Source: Cyanophyceae cyanobacterium (GTDB taxonomy: Bacteria; Cyanobacteriota; Cyanobacteriia; Cyanobacteriales; Laspinemataceae). Taken from it: DNA of 64,000 bases. Numbering within the stretch: the first letter of the stretch is position 1; every line of letters starts with the position of its first letter. The position numbers were made by a program, and so were the translations under genes. Where the stretch lies: NCBI GenBank assembly GCA_038321985.1, contig JBBQFN010000003.1, forward strand, positions 1-64,000, written 5' to 3'. This document shows positions 10,901 through 20,610 of this stretch, in pieces. The notes below the pieces were generated by a model that saw nothing but the letters and a program-made list of their open reading frames with translations, did no database searches and was not told the DNA's origin.

Positions 10901-13485
10901 CAGTTGCCCTCATTTATACCTCAAAATATGAAGGCTTTGGCTTACCTATTCTCGAAGCAATGGCTTGTGGATGCCCGGTCATTACTTGTCCAAATGGTGC
11001 AATTCCAGAAGTTGCAGGGCAATCAGTCATTTATGTAAATGAAAATGATATCCCTGGTCTCGTCAAGGCCATGCAGGAGGTTCAAAAGTCCGAAATTCGC
11101 AATTCTTTGATAGAGGCGGGATTACTACGCACCCAGGAATTTTCTTGGGCAAAAATGGCCGAAATCATCAGTTCTACTTTAATTGCTACAGCACAGAATC
11201 CACCTAAAAGAGCGATCGCCTCGACATCTACCTCCCCCTCCTTCCTTACCTCCCTCTTTACCCATTTAGCTGAGTACAAAAAAACCCCCTCGCAACCCTC
11301 GGCTATAGCCAATCTCCGGGAAAGTCGCCAGCAATTGGCCCAGGAATGGTTAAATATCCCTGAGGAACAATTGCAACAAGCGTATTTAGGCGAACTCGGA
11401 AATGCTCATAAAGCCGTCCTGGAAAGTGGCATCAAACATGAAGCCCTAAAACCTAACGAACAAGACCTCTACCATCAACTTTCCACGCAAATCACTCCTG
11501 GATTTGATGCACCTAATGCGTTGCAATCCTTCATTGCCGCTACTCTCTATTGCTATCCCCATCAACTCCCCATTCCCTACAAAAATGCTCCCATTCCTAA
11601 ATGGTTCGCAAACGACTATCTTAAATTTATGTTTGCGACTCCCACGCTTTTTCAGGAACTAGGAGAAGTCGAACAATACTATCGCTATTTCCAAGGCTGG
11701 TTGGAATATGTCCATCAAAAACTCTTCAGCAATCCCACTTCCCCACTCTGGCAGAGTGTGGCTGAGTTTTTTATCCAAAAGAATGCTAACTTTGCCCCCC
11801 TGTACTTTACCCGGGCAAACTTAAAATCCCTCTATATTCAGCGAGGCGATATTATTGAATTTGCTCTTAAAAACCGGGGGTTGCCAGTTGATTATATATT
11901 TCCTCCTCGTTCGGGTAACCGTCCTAAAATTCGCTTAGGAATTTTGAGGGATCATTTTAATCCAGCTACAGAAACTTTCGCAACCTTGCCAGTTTTTGAA
12001 CATCTCGATCGCAGTCGGTTTGAGATTGTTCTCTATGCGACTTGGGTCACTGGCAACCCGCTAGAATGTTATTGTCAAAGTCGCGCCGATCGCTTCGTCA
12101 ATCTTCCCGAAAACCTCTCAACCCAGGTCCAAACTCTCCGAAATGATGACTTAGATATCCTCTTTATTGGCACCAATATTACCGAACTCAACAAACCTTT
12201 AACGGCCCTTGCTCAACACCGACTCGCCCGAGTTCAAGTCACCTCGATCGCCTCTCCCGTCACCACCGGCACCCGCAATATTGACTACTATATTGCCGGA
12301 AATTTAACGGCACCCGTTGCCACTAGCCGTGAACAGTACCGCGAGAATCTGGTCAATATTGAAGGGTCGGGATTATGTTTTCGCTTTCCTATTGCGGAAC
12401 CGGCAGCTACGGTTAACCCCACTCGTTCAAGTTGGGGTGCGACGGCTAAAACTGTCGTCTTTATTTCCGGCGCTAACTTCTACAAAATTACTCCGGAACT
12501 TACCGAAACTTGGGCCAAAATCATTGCGGCTGTTCCCAATTCTATTTTGGTGTTATATCCTTTTGGTCCTGCCTGGAATTCCACCTATCCCGTAATGCCT
12601 TTCCTGGCACGAATGCAGGGAATTTTTGCCCAATATGGTGTCGATAAACGGCGATTAGTCATAATTAATACTCTCCCAAGTCCCGCCGATATTAAAGAGT
12701 GCGTCAAGCTGGCAGATGTTTATCTAGACTCCTATCCCTATAGTGGGGCCACTTCTTTACTAGATCCGTTACAGTTAGGAATTCCTGCGATCGCCTGGGA
12801 AGATAGTAGCTTACGTTCTCGTCAAGCATCGGCACTCCTGCGGGAACTTCAAATTACCGATTTAATTGCACAGGACGAAGGCGGTTATATTCAATTGGCG
12901 ATAAAGCTGGGAACAACTCCTCAACTTCGCCAGCACTATCACCAGCAAATCCAGCACCAAATGCAGCACAACCCACCCTTCTTAGATAGTGCATCCTACG
13001 CCCAAAAAATGGGGAGTTTGTTTGAGCAATTATTTCAACCGTGGCAAAACCCCAGTAAATTGGCGAGTGCTACCCCTACTCCTTCTTCTACTCCTTCAGT
13101 CTCTCTGTCTCCTGAATTTCTTAACCGCCTCATAGGTTGTGCCAACCTTTATTATATTGACCCTTCTGATGAATCAATTCAGCGGGAATTAATCCAACTT
13201 CGCCGAGAATTTGCAGAGTTTTGGTTGCAGATACCCGGCGACTGCCTACGCGAATACTATGCGGGTGAACTGGGAAAAGCTCATCACAGTGTGGTGAAAA
13301 GTGGGATTCAAAATGAGCCGCTACTGGATACAGAACAGGAATTTGTAAGGGAGTTAATCACTAAAATTACCCTTGGATTAGAATCAGCCTTGGGGATGAA
13401 TGCATTCCTAGCCATTCTGTTATATCAGCAGCGCGATCGCCTGCCGCTATCTAACCTTTCATTACCAGATTGGGTAAATTATTAA
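7933..13485 (+). CDS. 1850-aa multidomain glycosyltransferase: GT2 + GT4-like + GT4 + helical module + GT41 (OGT/HMW1C-like) + second helical module
   Basis: GT2: VSIGMPVYNG, ISDNNS, WAAHDD. GT4-like: GTGQQLKVLEAMA. GT4: YEGFGLPILEAMACG. GT41: RLARVQV..SPVTTG, ANFYKITP, DVYLDSYPYSGATS. Confidence 0.88.
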   Translation: MKETPPLVSIGMPVYNGDRYLCLALDSILAQDYQNFELIISDNNSMDSTSKICEQYTAKDSRIRYFRNPENMGSTQNFNRVFEQSHGEYFMWAAHDDLWDKTYLRKAVNKLKETPNAVLCCCDVVFIDDQGSVIPEWTANPKKQNMETLGMNVVQRSHQLLTKAGWYTIYSLIRKEALIKTNLFAEEYGPDVIILQELNLLGEFVKIKEPLFFYRLHDQQDQTEKYHSQKQQGKAPYSNLVRNLLKTIWTSQLEEAVKQEIKTDFIETLCFHNSDLLLLIADEQSFPIHSSVTSKQLKEFMATLLDLGTALTPDRTPSGLQTQGKKRAIVAYHNHVYPPRYASDRRCLSVIQALQQLEYEVTLFSSNLFSNIPWEEKSINCLEQEVGINVEIHYVTASDLQFVEEEFKKAGGRQWWNMYSPGLREQFRQLFTRLHPDLVLINYAFWGELAIGNQFKSAVRVIDTLDLLSLNQKMAALVFRFLNQRQTEPDFLNENFFSKYSLSVDPEEYKLYDCYDFTVAINSEEKTLIQQNTTHTKVVHIPFALPVKPLNNTYEKNPIFAIGPNPFNYQAYLYFTRKVLPKILAQIPEFLLNVVGDGCKNLAPTQGIHLLGFVPDLERLYQESCFAICPMIGGTGQQLKVLEAMAHSLPVIALENVADRCPIEHQINGLIAKNADEFAQYTLELFQNPTQCRILGEAARQTISENFSEKILVESMKEITHRSPVTLPPKKITALIDGVFYQINNTGIARVWISLLQEWVKTGFAKQLLFLDRAGTAPRIPGIKYLCIPSYDYNNTEADRNLLQKICDEESADIFISTYYTTPLSTPSVFMAYDMIPERYQTNLNAAMWREKHQGIRHGSAYITISEQTASDLVEFFPEIPRDRVTVAPCGIQPEFVPAPPAEITAFKSKYHLSKPYFLWVGSRSNINRYKNAILFFQAFAQLANRREFEILCVGGEAQLEAEFQPYVTDTQIHLLKLSDPELRLAYSGAVALIYTSKYEGFGLPILEAMACGCPVITCPNGAIPEVAGQSVIYVNENDIPGLVKAMQEVQKSEIRNSLIEAGLLRTQEFSWAKMAEIISSTLIATAQNPPKRAIASTSTSPSFLTSLFTHLAEYKKTPSQPSAIANLRESRQQLAQEWLNIPEEQLQQAYLGELGNAHKAVLESGIKHEALKPNEQDLYHQLSTQITPGFDAPNALQSFIAATLYCYPHQLPIPYKNAPIPKWFANDYLKFMFATPTLFQELGEVEQYYRYFQGWLEYVHQKLFSNPTSPLWQSVAEFFIQKNANFAPLYFTRANLKSLYIQRGDIIEFALKNRGLPVDYIFPPRSGNRPKIRLGILRDHFNPATETFATLPVFEHLDRSRFEIVLYATWVTGNPLECYCQSRADRFVNLPENLSTQVQTLRNDDLDILFIGTNITELNKPLTALAQHRLARVQVTSIASPVTTGTRNIDYYIAGNLTAPVATSREQYRENLVNIEGSGLCFRFPIAEPAATVNPTRSSWGATAKTVVFISGANFYKITPELTETWAKIIAAVPNSILVLYPFGPAWNSTYPVMPFLARMQGIFAQYGVDKRRLVIINTLPSPADIKECVKLADVYLDSYPYSGATSLLDPLQLGIPAIAWEDSSLRSRQASALLRELQITDLIAQDEGGYIQLAIKLGTTPQLRQHYHQQIQHQMQHNPPFLDSASYAQKMGSLFEQLFQPWQNPSKLASATPTPSSTPSVSLSPEFLNRLIGCANLYYIDPSDESIQRELIQLRREFAEFWLQIPGDCLREYYAGELGKAHHSVVKSGIQNEPLLDTEQEFVRELITKITLGLESALGMNAFLAILLYQQRDRLPLSNLSLPDWVNY

Positions 13486-13516
13486 TGTAACTTTCCCTCA
13501 ATTCGGCATGAAAAAA

Positions 13517-13537
13517 GGACAGGGCATTGCCCTGTCC
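13517..13537. terminator. Hairpin between convergent genes (probable intrinsic terminator)
   Basis: GGACAGGGCA-T-TGCCCTGTCC preceded by an A-tract, which is a U-tract on the minus strand. Confidence 0.7.
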
Positions 13538-13543
13538 CCGGGA

Positions 13544-13831
13544 TTACATCCAGTCTTCGCTATCACCATTTGACGAGCGATAAACTCGACCTTTCCAATG
13601 GATCTCTCGGGTTTTTTCAAATAAACCCTCTTCGTCCATATTCCAACGGGCTAAAACTTTTTCAATGTCACTCCAGATATCGCGCGATCCGGGAAATCCT
13701 CGATAGCGAATTCTTAAGCGAGCTAATTCGGCGAGATTATATTCGGTTGGTTCTCCCGTTAAAAATTTGTCAACCGTCTCGCGATCGCGCCGTGCTTGGG
13801 GGTGTTGTTGTTCCTGTCTGAGTTCAGCCAT
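13544..13831 (-). CDS. DUF3288 family cyanobacterial protein
   Basis: QQHPQ..RDR, YNLAELARLRIRYRGFPG, LFEKTREIH. Confidence 0.85.
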   Translation of the reverse strand: MAELRQEQQHPQARRDRETVDKFLTGEPTEYNLAELARLRIRYRGFPGSRDIWSDIEKVLARWNMDEEGLFEKTREIHWKGRVYRSSNGDSEDWM

Positions 13832-13922
13832 AATGGTTAAATTTTTGACTTATCTACTTAATGGATTCCGCTCTGTAGGTTCATTAAACCTTTTGCATAA
13901 TCTTGAAAAATTACCTCTCAGA

Positions 13923-16346
13923 CTAACTTAATTGACCTGCCCTTAACTGCTCAAATATCCTATACATATCTTGGGCAAATTTAGCGGGGTTCCATAAGGG
14001 TGATAGGTGTTGGGGTTGCTGAGAACGGATTAGTTGGTGGCGAAATTCCTGTCGAAGTTTTAAGTTTTGACCCAACCCCACTCCCCAGGTAATATACTCT
14101 TCCCAATTCTGGGCAATTCCGGCTTCAATCCCTAGGGTTTTTAGAAAAGAATAACCCATCCGTGCTAAAGATAATTCCCCCACTCTCGTCACCATGGGTA
14201 AATTAAACCACAATGCCTCTAAACTATGAGTTCCGCCATTGTAGGGATAAGAATCTAATAAAATATCGGCGCATTCATAGATAATTCGATGCTGTTCCTC
14301 TGTCTGAGTTCGGGGGAAAAAAATCACCCGACTGCTCTCTATCCCGACCTCAATACAGGCTTGTTGATATAGCTTCTTAATGGCCGACTTCTCTCCTTCT
14401 CCTTTATGAATTAAGACACTGTTCGGAACCTGTTTGAGAATTTGAAGCTGGGCTTGGACTAGCGGACGATTTAGTTTTTTCCCGGGGGCTACGCAAAGGT
14501 AAGCTATTCGCTCCCAACTGATTCCCAGACGTAACCGAAGCACCTCTCGCTCGACAGATTTGCGTTTAAATCCAGAGACTGCTACAAAAGAATCCGGCAT
14601 TCGTAGGACCTGTTCAATATAATCAGCTTCAATTCCCGGGGGATGGGTATGCCGATCGCCTAAAAAGTAATCCGTTGAAGATAAAAAGGGAGCATCAAAT
14701 CCCAGCCAAGACAGACAAATGGGTGAGGGGTGACGATACAAAATTTCGAGTTGATCGGAAAAGGTTACTGAATCCAAATCAATTAAAATATCCAGCTCAT
14801 CAGCTTTTATTTTTTCAAATAGTTCTAATTTAGACTCTTCAAAATTTAAACTTTGAGGCTGATAAAATTGGCGGGCGATACGCTGGAATTCTTGGGTTTT
14901 ATCATCAACTTGTTGAGATTGGGTGACATAGAGATAAATTTCCGCAGGAAGGGCCGCTAATTCGCGGATGATATCCGCACTACACCATCCGATAGAATGG
15001 CGGCGGAAATGGGGGGAGAGAAAGCCAATTTTTAGGCCAGAAGAAGCGATTCTCTGATGGGATGAGATTTTTTGTTCTGTTAAACGAGTGCCTACCCGGT
15101 CGAGTCTAGCTTGATTTTTAGCGCCCAAAAGTTTAGCTAATTTTAGATTTGCCTCTCGATGATCTCGTAGATGAGGTTGAGCAAACATTAGCCCAGAGTA
15201 AAGAAAAGCAATTGAATCAGAATTGAGGCTGTAGAGGTCGGATTCTAGCTGTTGTTCTACCGTGAGGAAGGTTTCAAGGGCTAAATCGCTGCATCCTCCA
15301 TATAAACAGATGGAGAGATAGGGGAGGGCGGCTAAAATTCGGGTGGGTCCTTGAACTCGGTTTAAATAGTCTTCAGCAGCTTGTCGAAGGCAGTGGAACT
15401 CAATCCCATAGGGTTCTAGGGGCCTAATTAGATGAAATAACGCGTGGTGTGCGGCGATGAAGTCAGGCTGGAGATGGACTGCTTGAATAAAGTAGTCCAC
15501 CACAGTTTGCCATTCTAGGGAACTCAGACTGTGATTCCGATTCCCTTGCTGTAACAGGGCCGTGCCTAAATTGTAGTGAATCCCTGCCATTGTGGGGTTT
15601 AGGGCTTGGGCAGTTTTAAGGGCAGCAATTCCTTGATCAAAGCGCCCCTGTTGAATCAGGGCGTTGGCAAAATTGGAATGAGCCTCAGCAAGGCTCGGTT
15701 GCAGGGCGATCGCCTCCTGGTAGTAGTGAATCGCTTGGTCAACTCGTGCCAATGCTAAGAGGGCATTCCCTATTTTTAAATTTCGTTCCGCAGTTGCCAT
15801 TTCAGGGTAAAGGGCTAGGGCCTGTTGCCACAACTGCACCGCCTCGACAAAGCGCCCCAAATCGTGATAGAGGGTACCGAAGTTCCAGTGGATGCCAGGG
15901 TGGGAAGGTTCCAGGGCGACTGCCCTCTGATAGGAGGCGATCGCCGCTTCAGACTGATCCAAGCGATAGCAGACGCTTCCTAAATTGGCATGAGCCGCAG
16001 CAAATTGCGGCATGATATCGATGGCTTGTTGGTATGCCCGCAGTGCTGCTTCCCACTTTTCCTGAGACTGGAAGGCATTGCCGAGGGTTTTGTAGGTTTC
16101 CGCTGATTGAGGGTCCCGTTTGAGAGCGGATTGGCAATAGGCAACTGCCGCAGTCCATTGGCCCTGCCGCAAATAAAGCTCCCCCAGTTGAGAATAGGCA
16201 TCCGCCGCATCGGGGTTAAATTTCAGGGCTTCTTGATAAATGGCGATCGCCTCGGACCACTGCCCGAGTGCCTTTAACTGATTGCCGCGCTGGATAGAGA
16301 CCCCAGCTTTTTCCAAATCAACCACAGGCTTCTCCCTCATCCGCAT
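13923..16346 (-). CDS. TPR-containing O-GlcNAc transferase/SPINDLY-like GT41
   Basis: About 8 N-terminal TPRs; LKIGFLSPHFRRHSIG, DELDILIDL, WLGF, DILLDSYPYNGGTHSLEALW. Confidence 0.9.
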   Translation of the reverse strand: MRMREKPVVDLEKAGVSIQRGNQLKALGQWSEAIAIYQEALKFNPDAADAYSQLGELYLRQGQWTAAVAYCQSALKRDPQSAETYKTLGNAFQSQEKWEAALRAYQQAIDIMPQFAAAHANLGSVCYRLDQSEAAIASYQRAVALEPSHPGIHWNFGTLYHDLGRFVEAVQLWQQALALYPEMATAERNLKIGNALLALARVDQAIHYYQEAIALQPSLAEAHSNFANALIQQGRFDQGIAALKTAQALNPTMAGIHYNLGTALLQQGNRNHSLSSLEWQTVVDYFIQAVHLQPDFIAAHHALFHLIRPLEPYGIEFHCLRQAAEDYLNRVQGPTRILAALPYLSICLYGGCSDLALETFLTVEQQLESDLYSLNSDSIAFLYSGLMFAQPHLRDHREANLKLAKLLGAKNQARLDRVGTRLTEQKISSHQRIASSGLKIGFLSPHFRRHSIGWCSADIIRELAALPAEIYLYVTQSQQVDDKTQEFQRIARQFYQPQSLNFEESKLELFEKIKADELDILIDLDSVTFSDQLEILYRHPSPICLSWLGFDAPFLSSTDYFLGDRHTHPPGIEADYIEQVLRMPDSFVAVSGFKRKSVEREVLRLRLGISWERIAYLCVAPGKKLNRPLVQAQLQILKQVPNSVLIHKGEGEKSAIKKLYQQACIEVGIESSRVIFFPRTQTEEQHRIIYECADILLDSYPYNGGTHSLEALWFNLPMVTRVGELSLARMGYSFLKTLGIEAGIAQNWEEYITWGVGLGQNLKLRQEFRHQLIRSQQPQHLSPLWNPAKFAQDMYRIFEQLRAGQLS

Positions 16347-16851
16347 GGATTGTCAGTCTTCACTCCGATAGCAATCCTAAATCAAAACTAATCGCTACCT
16401 CTACTTTGCCTTATCCACTGCGGTTTATTTCTTTGTTGGCCTTCGAGCCAAACATTACAACTTCGTAATAATTAAAAGGAATTGCCCAGACTCATAGCAA
16501 TTCCCTATGGAACACCAGGGGGGATCGTATAGAAGATTACAGTTAAATAGGCTTATCTGGGGTTTTTATCCCTCTCTCATCTGAGTGGAAACCCGAAATC
16601 TCGGGTTTGTTTAACCGACAAATAGCAAGTCTAAAGGGATTGAATAATTCTTCTGTCCCTTGCCGGAGTGAGGAGATGCAGCCGATCCCCCTCCTCCATT
16701 TTAGGGTCCAACTGCTGCCCGAGAGGCTATAGAGACCGCTGACATGATTCGGACGAGATCGCCCCGAGTTAGCTTAAGGGGGGAGAGTTTTAAAATTCTG
16801 TAAGAGATATTAATCGAGAAAGGAGAATTTTTGGGCCTATTTAACCAATAA

Positions 16852-16881
16852 TGTAGAGACTAGAGATTTTGCGTCTCTACA
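16852..16881. repeat. GTAG-type REP-like hairpin
   Basis: TGTAGAGAC...GTCTCTACA. Confidence 0.6.
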
Positions 16882-17439
16882 TCAAGAAGAAATGGCCCGT
16901 AGGAGCGGTGCTGGTGTGACAGACTTTGAGTTGGGTGGGACCGAGGGCGATCGCCTCCGGAACTCTTAGTGACCTTCCCTAGCAGACCCTCAATCATTTT
17001 TGCCCCTGATAGCGGGGTCAGAGCAAGACCCAACGATGCGCTTGACTCGGTTGGCCCGCTTGAGCAGTTGCTGAATGGCCCCTCTTTTGTAAAGTTTCCC
17101 GTAATCTGCCGGGTCTGAAAAAGGAAACCCAGAATAGAGGAATAAGAGCTGCTTGGGCAAGCATTTTGAGGCATTTATGGAAAGGGAACTCTGGGATTGG
17201 TATCATAGTCGTGCACCCCAGCATTGTCAAGCTAAAATCTATGAGCAATGCTAATTGGTCACAATTGGAGCGCCTAAAATTTTGCCATCTTGCCAGACTA
17301 GACATTAGCACCCAATTGGGCTAGACTTGCTGCTGACAGAAAGACCAGACGACTCAATCGAAGTCAAGGGGTTCTTAGCCTAGCTGCCTAAGCAGTCTTG
17401 ACAAGGACGACACGAAACAGATGAGGAGTGAGAAATTGA

Positions 17440-19569
17440 ATGGTTAGAATACTCGATACACAACCGACAAACCCTAACGATACCCTAGATCTATTTACAT
17501 TTGGCCTAGGCGCAGATACGGTTCTGGGCTTAACCGGAACCGATTTTCTTACCACCGATACCGTCGGTGGGAGTTTCATTTTTGGTAATACGGAAAATGA
17601 TTCCCTGACTTCTAGCGGCGCAGGGGACACCCTTTATGGGGGTCAAGACGATGACTTTTTAGTAAGCAAAGCAGGCGGCAGCGTCTTCTTTGGCGATTTA
17701 GGCCAAGATCGGTATGAAGCCCGAGGCAGCTTAGGTCGCGACACGGTTTACGGTGGCACCAACAACCAGTCCGAAAACCGAGTAGAAGATGGCGATGATA
17801 TTTTCAACTTTGGTAACGGACTGGGGGGCAACCTCGCCTTTGGAAACGGCGGCGACGACTTCCTCAGTGGCTCGGGCTTGGGTAATGACACCCTCTATGG
17901 TGGTGTTGGCGACGATACCATCCAGGTGATTGAGATAGCCGGTAGCGGTTCCGGTTCAGCGGGTGGGGGCGCAGCCTTCGTTCCTGACACCATTGGCGGC
18001 ATTGGCTTTATCCCACCATTCTTATTTGGAGGCGGATCTGGTGCTGGTGCGTCAGCGGGCTTGGGAGTTGGCGTCGTTGTAGAAGAAGGCGTAGCGGTTC
18101 CCAGAAACCCCGGACGCAACTATCTCAGCGGTGACAAAGGCAACGACGTCATCTTCGGGATCGGCGATCGCGACAGTCTGATTGGGGGTGACGGCAACGA
18201 CTCCCTGTTCATGCTCAGTGTTGATGGTACTAAAGAACTCGGTTTAGCTGACGATGGTGTTAACACCGTAGAAGGTGCTCGACGCTCACTGGCTGGTTAC
18301 CCCCGCAACAACTTGTTAGACGGCGGTACCGGAAACGATTATCTTTACTCCTACGGGGCTGAACGGGGACGCCAGACCATGATCGGGGCCGAGGGAGACG
18401 ATTCCCTGTATAACCGAGGCTCTCAGGTGATCGCCTTCGGTAATACGGGTTCCGACTACTTAGAAACCGCAGGATTCAATCGCAGTACCCTGTATGGTGG
18501 ACAAGACAATGACACCATTGTTTCTGGCCTGATTGAGGGTTTCTCCACAGTTGAGGGCGAGGCGACCGTCATTCCAGGCAATGGAGGTACGAACCTTCTG
18601 TATGGAGACAAAGGAAACGATACCCTCCTGAGTGTTGGCATTCAAGATACGGTAATTGGTGGCAACATTGAAGACAACGACTTGGTTGCCGGAAGCAATC
18701 TGGACTATTTATCCCTTGGTGGAGCCTCCAGCGTGGGCTTCGGTAACCAAGGTAATGACACCTTGATTGGCGCAGCAGCCTCTGTGAGCCTGTACGGTGG
18801 TCAAGATAACGATTACATCACTGCATCGGGAGGCGATTCCTACCTGTCGGGAGACAAAGGGAACGATACCCTGCTAACTGGCGGAAGCAACGACACCCTA
18901 GTCGGTGGCGAAGGCAACGATTCCCTTGATGCCCGTGGGGGTGGTGGGAATAACCTGCTGATGGCCCTCACTGGTGATAACGTTCTAGTTGCGGGTGCAT
19001 CTACGGATACCCTGATGGGCGGTGTGGGGAATGACTTCCTCGTGGGTAGTGAAGAAGGGGATACCCTCCGGGCTGATAGTCCGGGCGTGGATACCCTGGA
19101 AGGATTCCACGGTGCAGACAGCCTGATTGGAACTCTGGGTGCAGCTGATGCCTTCCTCTACGGCAGTATTCTGGATGCCCGTGATGGTGTGCCCGAGCAG
19201 AACCCTCAGCCTACCGATGGAACTGCAACCACGGGTGATACCATCACCAGCTTCGAGAGTGGTCGGGATAAAATCTATCTCAACCTTGCAGGCTTTGGTT
19301 TAGACCCCGAAGCGATCGCTGGACTGCGTACCAACATCGACTTCTTCTCGACCAATAAAACCACGACCTACACAGGTAGCTTCGAGAACCTGATTAGTGG
19401 AAATGCCTCTCAATCTGCGATCGTCTTCGATGCTAACAACCAAGGTGGGTTCTTGCTCTGGGATCGTAACGGTGCTGAACCGAACGATCGCAACAATAGC
19501 AGTGATATGGTGACCTTGGCTGTCGTCAGCTCGGGTATAGTTACCCGGAATGACATTTTCTTGTTCTAA
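17440..19569 (+). CDS. RTX/hemolysin-type Ca2+-binding repeat surface protein (oscillin/S-layer-like), probable T1SS substrate
   Basis: Many GGxGND(T/S)L nonapeptides, no signal peptide, no Cys, DTITSFESGRDKI C-terminal cap, C-terminal DIFLF; GAGGAG SD upstream. Confidence 0.92.
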   Translation: MVRILDTQPTNPNDTLDLFTFGLGADTVLGLTGTDFLTTDTVGGSFIFGNTENDSLTSSGAGDTLYGGQDDDFLVSKAGGSVFFGDLGQDRYEARGSLGRDTVYGGTNNQSENRVEDGDDIFNFGNGLGGNLAFGNGGDDFLSGSGLGNDTLYGGVGDDTIQVIEIAGSGSGSAGGGAAFVPDTIGGIGFIPPFLFGGGSGAGASAGLGVGVVVEEGVAVPRNPGRNYLSGDKGNDVIFGIGDRDSLIGGDGNDSLFMLSVDGTKELGLADDGVNTVEGARRSLAGYPRNNLLDGGTGNDYLYSYGAERGRQTMIGAEGDDSLYNRGSQVIAFGNTGSDYLETAGFNRSTLYGGQDNDTIVSGLIEGFSTVEGEATVIPGNGGTNLLYGDKGNDTLLSVGIQDTVIGGNIEDNDLVAGSNLDYLSLGGASSVGFGNQGNDTLIGAAASVSLYGGQDNDYITASGGDSYLSGDKGNDTLLTGGSNDTLVGGEGNDSLDARGGGGNNLLMALTGDNVLVAGASTDTLMGGVGNDFLVGSEEGDTLRADSPGVDTLEGFHGADSLIGTLGAADAFLYGSILDARDGVPEQNPQPTDGTATTGDTITSFESGRDKIYLNLAGFGLDPEAIAGLRTNIDFFSTNKTTTYTGSFENLISGNASQSAIVFDANNQGGFLLWDRNGAEPNDRNNSSDMVTLAVVSSGIVTRNDIFLF

Positions 19570-19601
19570 GTTGCGCTTGAAATAAACGCCTTGTAACAGT
19601 T

Positions 19602-19634
19602 GAGCCACAGATGGATAACATCTGTGGCTCTTTT
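19602..19634 (+). terminator. Intrinsic terminator after the RTX gene
   Basis: GAGCCACAGATG-GATAA-CATCTGTGGCTC-TTTT. Confidence 0.85.
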
Positions 19635-19705
19635 ATTGGGCGATGAGAGCAAAAGGGGAGGGGTCCGGGAAATGTAGCAGACTTATTTAGCCTTAAATAC
19701 TGTTC

Positions 19706-20572
19706 CTATCCCGCAGAAAGATTAATTCCCCGCCCAATCAGGTTTAGAAATGCCGTGCCAAAGTGCTGAATCTCTAGGAATCCGGCATGAGTCGGACCCG
19801 GTTTATAAATTCTAAAGGTTCGCATAATGCCTAGAGTGGCTACACTTTCCAAGGGACCGATAAAACTGATATCACGGTCTAAAAAATAAGGCTGTGAAGC
19901 CCAATACGCCATCTGTTTCGCATTCAGAAAAAAGCACCCGGAATGGGGATTGAGCGATCGCCGGAAGAGTACGGGTTGCTCCATGATATTTCCCTTCAAC
20001 TCCGGTCTATCCTCCACCGTCTGAAACGGTGCCGTTGCCCGGGGTAATAAATCTCCATCAATATAGACCTTCCCCACCCGCCCTGGAGGCGAGATTTCGT
20101 AGCGATTGGGCTGCAACAAATTGAGGTCTCCAGCTTGGGACGAAAACCAGTTTAATTTGATAAAAAACCAGGGGTCGTGGAGAATCAAATCATCCTCCAA
20201 ATAGCAATAATAGTCATAGCGACCCAAATTATCCCGCAATAGGGCCTGACATTCAAACCCCAGCATCAACGGTTCCGCTTGAGTGGGGTGATGGTGGTAA
20301 ATCTGACGCGGAACCGGCAAATCCTCTATAACGTGCTGATTTTGAGTGGTACAAATCACGATGTCAATATCCAGAGATTGATCCTGATTCGCGGGTACGG
20401 CTAGAGATTGAGCGATGTCCAGCAGACATTGAGACTTCCCTAGAATTGCGCCCAAATGGGTTAAACAATGGCTCAGGGCCACAATCCGCGATCGCGGGTC
20501 TTTACTGAGAGAACCATGCTTCCCTGAGCCATCTGGATTGAAATAATGAGCGATCGTGACCAGTATTTTCAT
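19706..20572 (-). CDS. Uncharacterised GT-A-like protein (paralog 1)
   Basis: MKILVTIAHY start; YDYYCYLEDDLILHDPWFF acidic motif; clear paralog of 22759-23622. Confidence 0.8.
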   Translation of the reverse strand: MKILVTIAHYFNPDGSGKHGSLSKDPRSRIVALSHCLTHLGAILGKSQCLLDIAQSLAVPANQDQSLDIDIVICTTQNQHVIEDLPVPRQIYHHHPTQAEPLMLGFECQALLRDNLGRYDYYCYLEDDLILHDPWFFIKLNWFSSQAGDLNLLQPNRYEISPPGRVGKVYIDGDLLPRATAPFQTVEDRPELKGNIMEQPVLFRRSLNPHSGCFFLNAKQMAYWASQPYFLDRDISFIGPLESVATLGIMRTFRIYKPGPTHAGFLEIQHFGTAFLNLIGRGINLSAG

Positions 20573-20610
20573 AGATGTAGATGAATGAAATTGAGATGGG
20601 GGGATCTGCC

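Noticed and set aside
16860..17311. ORFs in the RTX upstream region
   Set aside because: No recognisable motifs or RBS; more likely promoter/leader DNA
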